Origin: a bacterium | GTDB taxonomy: Bacteria > Patescibacteriota > Minisyncoccia > Phycocordibacterales > UBA918 | NCBI GenBank assembly: GCA_038145135.1 | Contig: JAYQPD010000003.1 | Span: forward strand, 1-52,266 | Direction of reading: 5' to 3' | Length of the DNA: 52,266 nt | Shown: positions 1-8,559 of the stretch, one piece after another | Layout: the number at the start of each line of letters is the position of its first letter | Position numbering within the stretch: position 1 is the stretch's first letter | The notes under the pieces: model-generated | Told to the model about the DNA's origin: nothing | The model's database searches: none | What the model saw: the letters and a program-made list of their open reading frames with translations, nothing else | Position numbers and translations under genes: made by a program

Positions 1-48
1 CCTTGTCGCCACTTTTCTTGCTGCGCACAAATTAGGGCAGGCAAGGTC

Positions 49-124
49 GTTTTTCGTTTTCCAATGGGCTCCCAGCACATTGGAAAACGAAAAACCCCTC
101 TCGTGGTGGGAGATAGGGTTTTTT
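49..124. terminator. Tandem hairpins forming a probable bidirectional rho-independent terminator below CDS 145..1308
   Basis: A perfect 18-bp stem (49-66/78-95, 11-nt loop) is followed by a GC-rich imperfect hairpin (94-119). That hairpin is flanked by A5 on the left and T6 (119-124) on the right. On the minus strand the second hairpin is followed by TTTTTCGTTTT. Confidence 0.5.
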
Positions 125-144
125 CGTATGCTTCTGTGCACTAC

Positions 145-1308
145 CTAGAATGTAGGCGTTGCGACGTATGTGAGTGTGGTACTGTAATCGTCACCTGCTT
201 CTTGGAGATCAGTGATCTCTACTTGATAGCCGATGCGTGTTGAGCCCACATTCGCTATTGCACCATCTGCCGGACCATTGTTTTCAAAGATCTGACGTGG
301 TGTTGTCGAGGCAGCGACCCACTTGTCGGTGCCAAATTCGTCGGCGTTGAGGTCGTCTTCTGAGGTGAGGCCCCAGTGACCCCATGTGCTTGTTGCGTTG
401 ACGTCACCAGAAGGAGTCTGCCATGTTGATGGCGAATTCGTATACTGGCCGTCAATGAATCCGTCAATGATTGCTCCAGTAGATGACTGAAGATCAGTGG
501 CTTGCTGAACTGTAACCACAAAGCCATTCTTGGCATTTGTCGATACAGTGAGATCCTGCGCCATTACCGTGGTTGTACCTGACACAAGGGTACCAAACGG
601 GATCGATGTCGCCGTAGAGGAACCTGCGGTCGTGGTTGCACCACCATTTACTGTTGAGCTTGTCGCTACACCAGAAATGCTGAAGGTGAATGTCGCATTT
701 ACGTCTGCAGTTACAACGACGTCGTCAATGATGGCAACGATCGTCGAACCGCTATCTTGCATACTTCCGGCGATCAGTATTTCATACGAACCAGCTGCGG
801 TCGGATTAGCAATGAAGCTATTACCTGTTGCACCTGCGGTCGCATTACTACCGATCTCAACGATCACTTCAGTACTTGAAGCGACTGTTGCAGCACCGAG
901 TGTAGTAGAACTCGTGTCGAGTGTGATGGTCGACGAAGTCGTCGCCACACCCCACGAGTCACCCGATCCTGTACCGTCTACAAGAGTGATCTCGACACCG
1001 CCTACCGTTACGTCTAGGTCATTGAAATCAAATCCAGCTGAAGGGAGGGTGAACTCACCTGCTGAAATTGGAAATGTAATGACAATGTTCTCACCATCGA
1101 TCAGTCCGTTAGGGACCGTGAAGGCAATGGTGTGGTTAGCGTTCACTCCAAGATCTGAATCAGAGAGTGTATCGCTGACCGACGTAAGGTTTGCTGCGTC
1201 AGCGTCACGGACAAATGTCGGTAGACCGAGACTCCAGAGGAGTATCGCGATACCAACGACACTTGCAACAACTTGAAGCATTCGCACGGCTTTTACCGTG
1301 TGAATCAT
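145..1308 (-). CDS. Secreted Thr/Ser/Gly-rich beta-type surface protein, family A copy 1 (paralog of 35010..36179); function unknown, tentatively WxL-like
   Basis: 387-aa ORF with an N-terminal hydrophobic signal/anchor (LQVVASVVGIAILLWSLGL...DADA). It shares long identical blocks with the 35010..36179 product (AGEFTLPSAGFDFNDLDVTVGGVEITL; YQVEITDLQEAGDDY). It ends in YSTTLTYVATPTF. A terminator lies just downstream. Confidence 0.8.
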   Translation of the reverse strand: MIHTVKAVRMLQVVASVVGIAILLWSLGLPTFVRDADAANLTSVSDTLSDSDLGVNANHTIAFTVPNGLIDGENIVITFPISAGEFTLPSAGFDFNDLDVTVGGVEITLVDGTGSGDSWGVATTSSTITLDTSSTTLGAATVASSTEVIVEIGSNATAGATGNSFIANPTAAGSYEILIAGSMQDSGSTIVAIIDDVVVTADVNATFTFSISGVATSSTVNGGATTTAGSSTATSIPFGTLVSGTTTVMAQDLTVSTNAKNGFVVTVQQATDLQSSTGAIIDGFIDGQYTNSPSTWQTPSGDVNATSTWGHWGLTSEDDLNADEFGTDKWVAASTTPRQIFENNGPADGAIANVGSTRIGYQVEITDLQEAGDDYSTTLTYVATPTF

Positions 1309-1323
1309 AGCTCTACGTTGTTA

Positions 1324-1581
1324 CTACTTTTTTGTCTTCGGTCGTTTTTTTGTAAAGGTTGTACGCTTCTTCGAGACCGTGCTCTTTCGGTAACGATGAT
1401 TCGTACTACTGTGAACTGAGAAGTCTCCACGGCTTCCTCGTTCTATGATGCGACCGATGACACGTTTGTCACAGTGGTACTCGGCTGCAAGCCCACGCTT
1501 ACTCAATGTGCCGTTCGCACGCACCCACTTCTCGTATATTTCCTTTCGGAGTACCGGAGTGAGCTTAGTGTTACTATGCAT
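1324..1581 (-). CDS. Small stand-alone helix-turn-helix protein resembling the N-terminal DNA-binding region of IS481-type transposases (no catalytic domain)
   Basis: The ORF spans 1324..1608. The ATG at 1581 gives MHSNTKLTPVLRKEIYEKW...GLAAEYHCDKRVIGRIIERG, which is similar to the MHxNxxLTP + HTH pattern at IS481-family N-termini. The tail is basic and Lys/Arg-rich. No DDE/rve ORF is adjacent. Confidence 0.4.
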   Translation of the reverse strand: MHSNTKLTPVLRKEIYEKWVRANGTLSKRGLAAEYHCDKRVIGRIIERGSRGDFSVHSSTNHRYRKSTVSKKRTTFTKKRPKTKK

Positions 1582-1594
1582 GTTTGAGTTTGCT

Positions 1595-1625
1595 AGCGTT
1601 GTCCCCACGCGATGGGGACAACGCT
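1595..1625 (-). promoter_or_regulatory. 13-bp perfect inverted repeat (candidate operator or 5' hairpin) 13 nt upstream of the HTH gene ATG
   Basis: AGCGTTGTCCCCA-cgcga-TGGGGACAACGCT at 1595-1607/1613-1625. Confidence 0.4.
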
Positions 1626-1661
1626 CTGTAGCAAACGCATATACATTGTACTCATGAAAAC

Positions 1662-1693
1662 AAAAAAAATCCTGAGTTATTCACAGGATTTTT
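1662..1693 (-). terminator. Rho-independent terminator of the dockerin-protein gene 1768..2919
   Basis: 7-bp stem AATCCTG/CAGGATT (1668-1674/1684-1690). It is preceded by A8 on the plus strand, which is a T8 tail on the minus strand. Confidence 0.65.
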
Positions 1694-1767
1694 CATAACA
1701 TGATCTTGATCGATGACTATGTGCGTACACTTCCCCCTTTTACACTCGCAGGGGACCAAGCACTCCT

Positions 1768-2919
1768 CTACCCTGTCCAGTTGAAGAGGAGGATCGAGAA
1801 GTCCTCAAGGCCAACGTTACCATTACCATTGATGTCAGCCGGTGGATTAGAGTTGCCTCCTGCCGTGCCCCACCAGAAGATAAGTATCGAGAAGTCGGTC
1901 AAATTGACCTTACCGTCTCGGTTCAGATCAGAACTACCAATGACTGGCTCTGCGTTTACGCCAACGCCAAACGAGAGTGTCGCTGAAAAGTTACTTTCCT
2001 TTTTTGTAGTTGCCGACACACCTTCAGTTATCGTGAACTTTGCTTTGACGGTATGAGACGCCTGCGAAAGACTTGAGCCTTCAAGAGTGTAGGACCACTT
2101 TCCAGACCCATCTGAGGATACCGTCTCTGTGCGAGCAGTGTTGTCAAATTGGAGTATGACTTGAGCACTAGGGATGGTATACCCACTAATGGTAAGCGTT
2201 CCGTTCCTTTCAATGCTCGAGGCAGACACCTTGATCGTTGGTGGAACATAGATTCCATTGACTGTGGTGACTGCCCCCTGGGTAACATCGAAGGTTGAGT
2301 TGAACGTTATGGAACGTGTCCGATCGGGATCGTTGGCCCAGAAACCCAGAGTGGTTGCACCTGGTTCGGCCGCAGTTGAGAATTGGAAGTCTCCCTTTGC
2401 ATTTGCCCGCACTGTACCAATAGTATCTCCGTCTTCAAGGATGCTTACCGTCACGTTAGGAAACGCTTTACCATTCACCGTAATACTAGTATCGCCAAGC
2501 TCTGTACTCCCACCACCTCCACCACCACCTGAAGAACCTGTCGTGTTACCACCACCTCCAGCAAGTGGTTCAATGGTACACGTTGCTGAGCAAAAGTCAC
2601 CTGAGTCATTATTGCCGTCATCACACTCCTCACTATATGTTGTCTGCAGAATACCGTCACCACAATACGGTCCGTATTGACACACTTCATTACACTGTCG
2701 ACCAGCGATCGTCGTTGAATACGTACCGATCTGTCCTGGTACGTCACACTCTTCATTCGAATCTATCAATGAGTCTCCACAAATAGAAATAGTGAGTGTG
2801 GTGGTAGCTATTTGAGTGGTCTCGTCGGCGTACACTACAGGGTTGCTCGAAGCAAGTGCAATGAGAATGAGACAGCTGCCGAATAGAAACGCCAGTGGTG
2901 TTGCGAATGCCCGAATCAT
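1768..2919 (-). CDS. Secreted protein with Cys-rich repeats, Gly-rich linker, Ig-like domain and C-terminal dockerin-type double EF-hand repeat
   Basis: 383-aa ORF with a signal peptide (LAFLFGSCLILIALASS). CGD..NEECD and CGDGILQTTYSEECDDGNNDSGDFCSATC resemble the Myxococcus-type cysteine-rich repeat. A G/S linker follows. The C-terminus DLNRDGKVNLTDFSILIFWWG...ADINGNGNVGLEDFSILLFNWTG is a dockerin type I-like duplicated Ca-binding motif. An ATGA overlap links it to the upstream gene at 2916-2919. Confidence 0.75.
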   Translation of the reverse strand: MIRAFATPLAFLFGSCLILIALASSNPVVYADETTQIATTTLTISICGDSLIDSNEECDVPGQIGTYSTTIAGRQCNEVCQYGPYCGDGILQTTYSEECDDGNNDSGDFCSATCTIEPLAGGGGNTTGSSGGGGGGGSTELGDTSITVNGKAFPNVTVSILEDGDTIGTVRANAKGDFQFSTAAEPGATTLGFWANDPDRTRSITFNSTFDVTQGAVTTVNGIYVPPTIKVSASSIERNGTLTISGYTIPSAQVILQFDNTARTETVSSDGSGKWSYTLEGSSLSQASHTVKAKFTITEGVSATTKKESNFSATLSFGVGVNAEPVIGSSDLNRDGKVNLTDFSILIFWWGTAGGNSNPPADINGNGNVGLEDFSILLFNWTG

Positions 2920-3884
2920 ACCTTACTCGAAGCTCGCGTTCTTCTACGAGCTGGAGCCGGTTTTGAACGTCGTGTAGAGCGCACGAGGATCAGAATGATC
3001 GAGACGAGTACTACGAATACCGGAACGAGTACAGAGAGCTTGTGTGCGAGTGAGAGGCCCATAAAGCCGTACCCAGCAGCTTGTAGGGTGCCATATGGCA
3101 AGATATTCATGTTAAGCTCGCCCTCTTGTTTGATCTCGTCTCCGTTAAAGATCTGATAGCGCGCCAAATACGTGCCTCGTGGAAGATGTGTGGGGAGTTC
3201 AGCAATAACCGTAGCTTGATCGAACGGATTGATCTTAGTGATCCTATTGGTATGTTCTGTTTCCTCAAGAAGTACTTGTCCAGAAGGGTCGTATATCCTA
3301 AAGACAACTTTAGATGGTGCGATCTTAACATTACCAATGTTCTCAAGGAACATTTCAAAATTGATCTTACCCGGGAAGTAGAGCCATCCAAGTTTATGAC
3401 CTTCGTTCAGATCTGAAAGACCGATCTTTCTTACACGGAAATCCTTTATTTGTTTATCGATGACCGTGATCTCAACATCCACCTGAGCACCGAGAGAGAT
3501 CGAAACAGCACCGCCAGCAACTTGTCCATCCGGAGCAGATGTCTTAATACGGAGATTACCAGTATACGTTTTGTAGGGAGCGTTATCAGGTACCTTGACC
3601 ACAACGGTCATGGGGACTTTGTCCTGTCCTGCAGGAAGTAAAAAGGAGTTTCCTTCTTTGATAGTGAACCAATCGTTGATACCAGGAACATCAACAGACA
3701 CATCAGCTTTAAGAGCTGAGGAGGGATCGCTTCGTACCAATAGAATCGTTTGTTCGTACGAGGCATTTCGAATCAAACTAGCATTGCGAACATAAGGAGG
3801 GGTGATACCAAAACCGGCATGTGCCTCAGGTACAAGGAACAAGAACAAAAGTACGGTCAGTAATACTCCGGTGAATTTACTCAT
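2916..3884 (-). CDS. Membrane-anchored two-domain beta-sandwich surface protein (DUF916/DUF3324-like architecture), copy 1
   Basis: 322-aa ORF. It has a signal peptide ending EAHA, two beta-rich domains (..VPMTVVVKVPDNAPYKTYTGNLRIKT..; ..FLENIGNVKIAPSK..), a C-terminal TM helix (VLVPVFVVLVSIILILV) and a basic tail (RSTRRSKPAPARRRTR). The architecture matches 33831..34904. Confidence 0.6.
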   Translation of the reverse strand: MSKFTGVLLTVLLFLFLVPEAHAGFGITPPYVRNASLIRNASYEQTILLVRSDPSSALKADVSVDVPGINDWFTIKEGNSFLLPAGQDKVPMTVVVKVPDNAPYKTYTGNLRIKTSAPDGQVAGGAVSISLGAQVDVEITVIDKQIKDFRVRKIGLSDLNEGHKLGWLYFPGKINFEMFLENIGNVKIAPSKVVFRIYDPSGQVLLEETEHTNRITKINPFDQATVIAELPTHLPRGTYLARYQIFNGDEIKQEGELNMNILPYGTLQAAGYGFMGLSLAHKLSVLVPVFVVLVSIILILVRSTRRSKPAPARRRTRASSKV

Positions 3885-3944
3885 GAACGAAACGCATTTA
3901 GCGCCGTCTTAGTAATTATCGAAGATATCAATGTCAATTGCAAG

Positions 3945-3972
3945 AAAAAACACTGCATAAGCAGTGTTTTTT
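3945..3972 (-). terminator. Rho-independent terminator of CDS 3991..5826
   Basis: CACTGC-ataa-GCAGTG stem (3951-3966) flanked by A6 and T6. Confidence 0.65.
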
Positions 3973-3990
3973 GTGCATAAGTATTTTTGT

Positions 3991-5826
3991 TTACCAATCA
4001 ACAGACTCACCGACAACTGCAATGAATGTGTTCTCACCTTTGTAATCACCTGCAAGTGTGATCGAACCAGGAACGCGGATACCCCAGATAGTATTTCCAG
4101 TTGCCTGTGTAACTGTACTGGTCGACTTCTGAACATTTACTTCCAACTCAGCTGCCGTTGTTGAAGAAAGTGCAGTTGCAAGTGCGTAAGTCGTTGAGGT
4201 GGTTGCGTATACTTGCTCAGATGCAGGAATGGTTGAAGTAGATGAATTAGCACAAGGGAATCCAGTTGCATAGTTGATACACATTGAATGTCCTTGAAGT
4301 GTTTCATCAAGACCTACGTTACCTGTTGCTGCAATAGTAGTTGTTGCTGAGATAGGGTCTGTCTGACTACCTGGTTCGAGAGAACCATACGGGATGGTGA
4401 GTGAGTTAAGTGCGAACGCAAGGAAGGAATTCACTTCAACACCAGTCTGAGATTCAGAAGCAGAGCTTGAGGCAGCGTTGTCATCTCCAACGATCACCTG
4501 TGCAAGCCAGTTTTGTGTTGAGTATTGAGTTGAGGTAGCGGTGCCATCTGTAGGGTCAGCGATGTACCAAAGTGGGAACGTACAGTCGTAGACTTGTGTA
4601 GTATCAGAGGCACCAGTACATGAGGTTGATGAGGCAGTACAACTGAAAGCCCACGTAGATGTTCCAATGGCGGTGTTATAGCAGTTGTTTGGATCGTAGT
4701 CGCCTGCGGTATTTGTTGTGCATGAAGTAGATGCAACACCAGAACGATAGAGTGAGAATTCATAGGTCGTGATCTCGCTGGTCGAAGCAGCATTGATACA
4801 ACTGTTATTATCAGCAGCTATGAACTGGAAGGTAAAACCAGACGTAGTAGCAGCTTCCTGAGTTAACGTGATGTCAGCGCCTCCGTTAATTGAGATGGTC
4901 GAGCTCGCAACTGTTGGTGTGGCATTTGCAACCGTGAGTGTTGAGTCTGTTCCCTGTGAACCACCAGACGCTTCAAAGCCGTGGTTGTCTATAACAAATC
5001 CGTATGCAGTGTAATTTTGGTCCTGTGTTGGAATAGTGACAGTGTATGTAGTGCTTGCATTTGATGAAGCAGGGACCGTTGACGATGCAATATAGCCACC
5101 TGGACCACACTCATTAGTGGAAGTACTGAAATCGTTATCATTACAGACGATAAGACGAACAGTATCAGCAGTACCAGACACGTCAGTATCTGAAGAAGTA
5201 CTCATGAAAGTGACCACCTGACCAGGAAGCGTTGGTGAGTCGTCGATGAACGCAGTGAACGTTGGGCGATGGTTAACCTCAAATGGTGTTGATGTTGTGC
5301 CAGTTCCCTGCTTATAGTCATTTACACAGCGTGGGTTGGTAGCATTATCGTCGCAGATCCATGCATACCAAGCATTCACTTCTGACCATGAGGCTGCAGT
5401 TGTTGTGGCTGCACGCGCTTGGGTAGCGCTAAGGGTAGAAGTTGAGACAGCCCACTGGTTGGTCGGTGAGTCACATTCAGGTGCTGCGCTTGCGTTAGGA
5501 GTTGGTGATGCTGCCGTCGAACAGATAAGGAGGTAGTATGGCTCGTCGTTCGAGTCAGTACCGATAGCAACCCATGATACAACGTCACCTGCATTAGTTG
5601 GGAAGTCTGATGACGATTCAAATTCCTCCTCAGCATCGACAGTCCATTGTGGCGGGGTGTTCAACACGGTTACTGATGTGGTCGCCACACTTTGTGCCTC
5701 CACTTGATTGAACGTTCCCTTGCTGACGTTGATGGTGAAAATGAATGCGAATGACAGAAGACCGAGAATACACGCAAAGACCGACACCTTGCCGGCAGTG
5801 GACACGTTATTTATGTTATACGCCAT
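3991..5826 (-). CDS. Secreted Cys- and Thr/Ser-rich protein whose C-terminal ~310 aa are homologous to the C-terminal module of the giant protein
   Basis: 611-aa ORF with an N-terminal anchor/signal (VSVFACILGLLSFAFIFTI). Its C-terminal region (LNSLTIPYGSLEPGSQTD...GNVGLDETLQG...GENTFIAVVGESVDW) parallels the giant-protein end (LEVTQSIDYGSLETESDTG...GNDAIDILLAG...GVNTFYATAD). Confidence 0.75.
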   Translation of the reverse strand: MAYNINNVSTAGKVSVFACILGLLSFAFIFTINVSKGTFNQVEAQSVATTSVTVLNTPPQWTVDAEEEFESSSDFPTNAGDVVSWVAIGTDSNDEPYYLLICSTAASPTPNASAAPECDSPTNQWAVSTSTLSATQARAATTTAASWSEVNAWYAWICDDNATNPRCVNDYKQGTGTTSTPFEVNHRPTFTAFIDDSPTLPGQVVTFMSTSSDTDVSGTADTVRLIVCNDNDFSTSTNECGPGGYIASSTVPASSNASTTYTVTIPTQDQNYTAYGFVIDNHGFEASGGSQGTDSTLTVANATPTVASSTISINGGADITLTQEAATTSGFTFQFIAADNNSCINAASTSEITTYEFSLYRSGVASTSCTTNTAGDYDPNNCYNTAIGTSTWAFSCTASSTSCTGASDTTQVYDCTFPLWYIADPTDGTATSTQYSTQNWLAQVIVGDDNAASSSASESQTGVEVNSFLAFALNSLTIPYGSLEPGSQTDPISATTTIAATGNVGLDETLQGHSMCINYATGFPCANSSTSTIPASEQVYATTSTTYALATALSSTTAAELEVNVQKSTSTVTQATGNTIWGIRVPGSITLAGDYKGENTFIAVVGESVDW

Positions 5827-6003
5827 ACTAAATAACGAACTTCATTACTTACTCAACAATTATACGCGTATATCAATTACCGTGCGGTGAGTTATACACA
5901 GGCCACAACAGTGGTCCAAAGTTCAATTTTGAATACGCGCTAGTTGGTGTTTGCGACGCTTACCCTACCCTGTTTGTGGCATGGACAGCGGAGATAGTGA
6001 GTG

Positions 6004-7212
6004 CTACTCGTACCTGATCGCATCCAATGGATTGAGTAGTGCAGCGCGACGAGCTGGGAAGATACCGGTCAGGTAGCCAACGATCGCTGAGAACGTCATG
6101 ATGAACATCAAGAACCAGAGCGGGAACGCGAAGAGCTTTACCGCTTGTCCGCCAAAGTGCGTCGCGACCGCGTTAAGGAATGTATTGATGATGACCCCGA
6201 TGCCGACACCCATAACGATACCTGAGACACCCCCAAGAAATCCTACCAGCACTGATTCCGAAACGAACAGAAGTTTAATATCGGTCGGTGATGCCCCGAT
6301 CATACGCATGACACCGATCTCTTTAGTACGTTCGAGAAGAGTCACCGTCATGGTGTTAAACATACCGATAGCAGACACAATAAGGGCTATACCGCCAAAT
6401 GCGGCGAGTACTGCCTGAATTCCTTGGAAGATCTTTGATGCTTGTTCTACAGTCTTTGAGAGTGCGGTCACACGAAACCCTTTCTCAATAAGGCCCTTTT
6501 CAACTGAATCGAGATTTGCGCTGTCATTTACACGTACTTGCGCTCGGTCGTAGATGTCGACACCGACATGACGCTTAAGTTCAGGCAACATGATGAGCGC
6601 ATTCAGCGCACCCTCTTCTTTGGTGATACCTTTGACGCGATACTGCTTGTCGATCACGATCTCATCAACCTGATCAGGGATCTCTTTAGAGGGGATGAGT
6701 AATCTGAATGAAACGGTCTGACCGATCATTTTCTCAGGATCATCTATCGCAAAGAGTTTGAGTACCGCTGGCGAAATAATGACACTAGTATCGTCTCCGG
6801 CGTCCTCATCAGTAAAAACATCGCCCGCGGACGCAGTGATGCCGCTATAGCGAATGTACGGTGGTTCAGCACCCTGGAGGAAGATGTTTCCAGTGAGACC
6901 TTTGTAGGTTATCAGTGCAGGAAATCGTCCAAGTGGTGCGGCGTCGAGTACGTTATCCATACGTTCTATCTCAGTAATGGTTTCGTCAGTGATCTGTATC
7001 GTGCGTGACCCTGTCGAAGAAACGCCGAGAGAGAGAAGCGTCTCACCAAACACGATCTGCTCAAGAATGATCTGTTGGAGACCAAAACCCAAACCTACGA
7101 GCATCACCACAGCGCCGGTACCCACACCCATACCCAAAATAGTAAGCCACGTACGCATTGGATTCGTTTTGAACATGCGGGTAGATAGTGATGCAAGATC
7201 GACAACGCGCAT
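6004..7212 (-). CDS. ABC transporter permease, FtsX/MacB type, with a large extracytoplasmic domain
   Basis: 402 aa. TM1 (WLTILGMGVGTGAVVMLVGLGFG) is followed by a ~230-aa extracytoplasmic loop. The C-terminal three-TM FtsX module carries LLERTKEIGVMRMIGASPTDIKLLF and ends FPARRAALLNPLDAIRYE. Confidence 0.9.
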   Translation of the reverse strand: MRVVDLASLSTRMFKTNPMRTWLTILGMGVGTGAVVMLVGLGFGLQQIILEQIVFGETLLSLGVSSTGSRTIQITDETITEIERMDNVLDAAPLGRFPALITYKGLTGNIFLQGAEPPYIRYSGITASAGDVFTDEDAGDDTSVIISPAVLKLFAIDDPEKMIGQTVSFRLLIPSKEIPDQVDEIVIDKQYRVKGITKEEGALNALIMLPELKRHVGVDIYDRAQVRVNDSANLDSVEKGLIEKGFRVTALSKTVEQASKIFQGIQAVLAAFGGIALIVSAIGMFNTMTVTLLERTKEIGVMRMIGASPTDIKLLFVSESVLVGFLGGVSGIVMGVGIGVIINTFLNAVATHFGGQAVKLFAFPLWFLMFIMTFSAIVGYLTGIFPARRAALLNPLDAIRYE

Positions 7213-7222
7213 ACTTTGTGAG

Positions 7223-8545
7223 TTACTTTTTGTAGTTTACATCAACACCTTGCGCAATAAGCTTCTCAAGGTAACGGGTAATGTCATCAGCCACCGATTT
7301 ATTCAAGCCAAGACCGTGGCCTCTACTTTTCGAGACTAGCAGTTCAGTAAAATCATCATCGTTCGAAACACCGGTGACACGGTCGGCGATCAGCTCAGCG
7401 ATTCGTTCTTGTTGTTTTTCGCTCAAACGCACCCCATGGCCCTCAATTAAATACTCCTTGAGGCGGTCGGCAAACTTGTGCTGTTCGAAAAACGCTGTGT
7501 CGTTCTTATTGTGAGCTCGGTACCTTCTTATGTCATCAGCCTGTTGGACGATCTTGACCGCAAGGTCGGCCATATGCTCCGCTGTTGCACGATCGAGTCC
7601 TACACCGCCTTCATCGTACTTGCGTACCAAGACAGAAATGAAGTTTTTCTTGTGTATCTTACCTTTGATGAGTTGTAATATAGCATGTTCAAGTCGTACG
7701 ATCTGGTCGAATGTGTAGTCTTGCGTCAGGTAGTTGACCAAGCTTTTAACACGTAGCGTGTCGATCGAGTCATAGGGGAAGAGACGTGCAAGCTGCTCGA
7801 GTTCGGTAACGATGGTTTCTCCTTCATGCACTGTTTTTATCTGCTTGCGCTGCGGATTCACCACCTCGCGGACCACAAGCCCATCTTTAAGGTAGTACAC
7901 GCGGTGAGCATACTGAAGATGAGCCGCATTGTGAGAGACCATGATGATCGTTCGTTTATCAAATGTATTGATCTCGTCGATCTTATCCATAACCTGTTGG
8001 GTAGACACGCTATCGAGGTTACCCGTTGGCTCATCGGCAAGAAGGATGCGCGGATCATTGACCATCGACCGTGCAACCGACACACGCTGCTGCTGACCTC
8101 CTGAGAGCATTGAGGGGATCTTATGAGAGACTTGCCCTACTCCAAAACGGTCAAGGAGCGACTGCGCGCGACGATCACGAGAGGCCTTATCACGGTTCGC
8201 AAAGATCATCGGCAGCGCAACGTTGTCCAAGACAGAAAGCGAACCGATCAAGTTGAACGATTGGAAGATGATCCCCATCACGTGACGCTGGAAGAACACA
8301 CGCTCAGAAGGAGGGTACGCGTAGATATCATCACCATCAATAAGCATGGTACCTCCAGATGGTGGGAGTGCCCCCTGGATCGCATACATCAAGGTAGATT
8401 TTCCTGAACCTGACGTGCCGAAAAGAATGATGTACTCACCTTCATAGATGTCAGTATTCACGTTCGTGAGCGCTTTGAACTCATTCGATTTACCGCGATT
8501 GTATGTGATGTCGAGGTTTCGACAGATGATAAGTGGTTTTGCCAT
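7223..8545 (-). CDS. ABC transporter ATP-binding protein (MacB/LolD-like) with a ~215-aa uncharacterised helical C-terminal extension
   Basis: Walker A GTSGSGKST, Q-loop FQSFNL, signature LSGGQQQR, Walker B ILLADEPTGNLD and H-loop VSHN are all present. I placed the start at the ATG at 8545 (MAKPLIICRNL), 15 nt after the upstream stop. The ORF-track start at 8584 would overlap the preceding gene. Confidence 0.9.
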   Translation of the reverse strand: MAKPLIICRNLDITYNRGKSNEFKALTNVNTDIYEGEYIILFGTSGSGKSTLMYAIQGALPPSGGTMLIDGDDIYAYPPSERVFFQRHVMGIIFQSFNLIGSLSVLDNVALPMIFANRDKASRDRRAQSLLDRFGVGQVSHKIPSMLSGGQQQRVSVARSMVNDPRILLADEPTGNLDSVSTQQVMDKIDEINTFDKRTIIMVSHNAAHLQYAHRVYYLKDGLVVREVVNPQRKQIKTVHEGETIVTELEQLARLFPYDSIDTLRVKSLVNYLTQDYTFDQIVRLEHAILQLIKGKIHKKNFISVLVRKYDEGGVGLDRATAEHMADLAVKIVQQADDIRRYRAHNKNDTAFFEQHKFADRLKEYLIEGHGVRLSEKQQERIAELIADRVTGVSNDDDFTELLVSKSRGHGLGLNKSVADDITRYLEKLIAQGVDVNYKK

Positions 8546-8559
8546 ATGTATGTGCCCTG

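Noticed and set aside
530-1276. Long plus-strand ORFs antisense to real genes, for example 530..1276, 35332..36159, 25852..26430, 24979..25506, 40876..41286 and 51043..51576.
   Set aside because: They lie entirely inside much longer minus-strand genes that have clear protein motifs. Their translations are low-complexity (Val/Pro/Ser/Thr-rich). The Thr/Gly/Ser/Val-rich codon usage of the sense genes simply avoids stop codons on the opposite strand. The antisense pair 530..1276 / 35332..36159 looks conserved only because the sense genes are paralogs.
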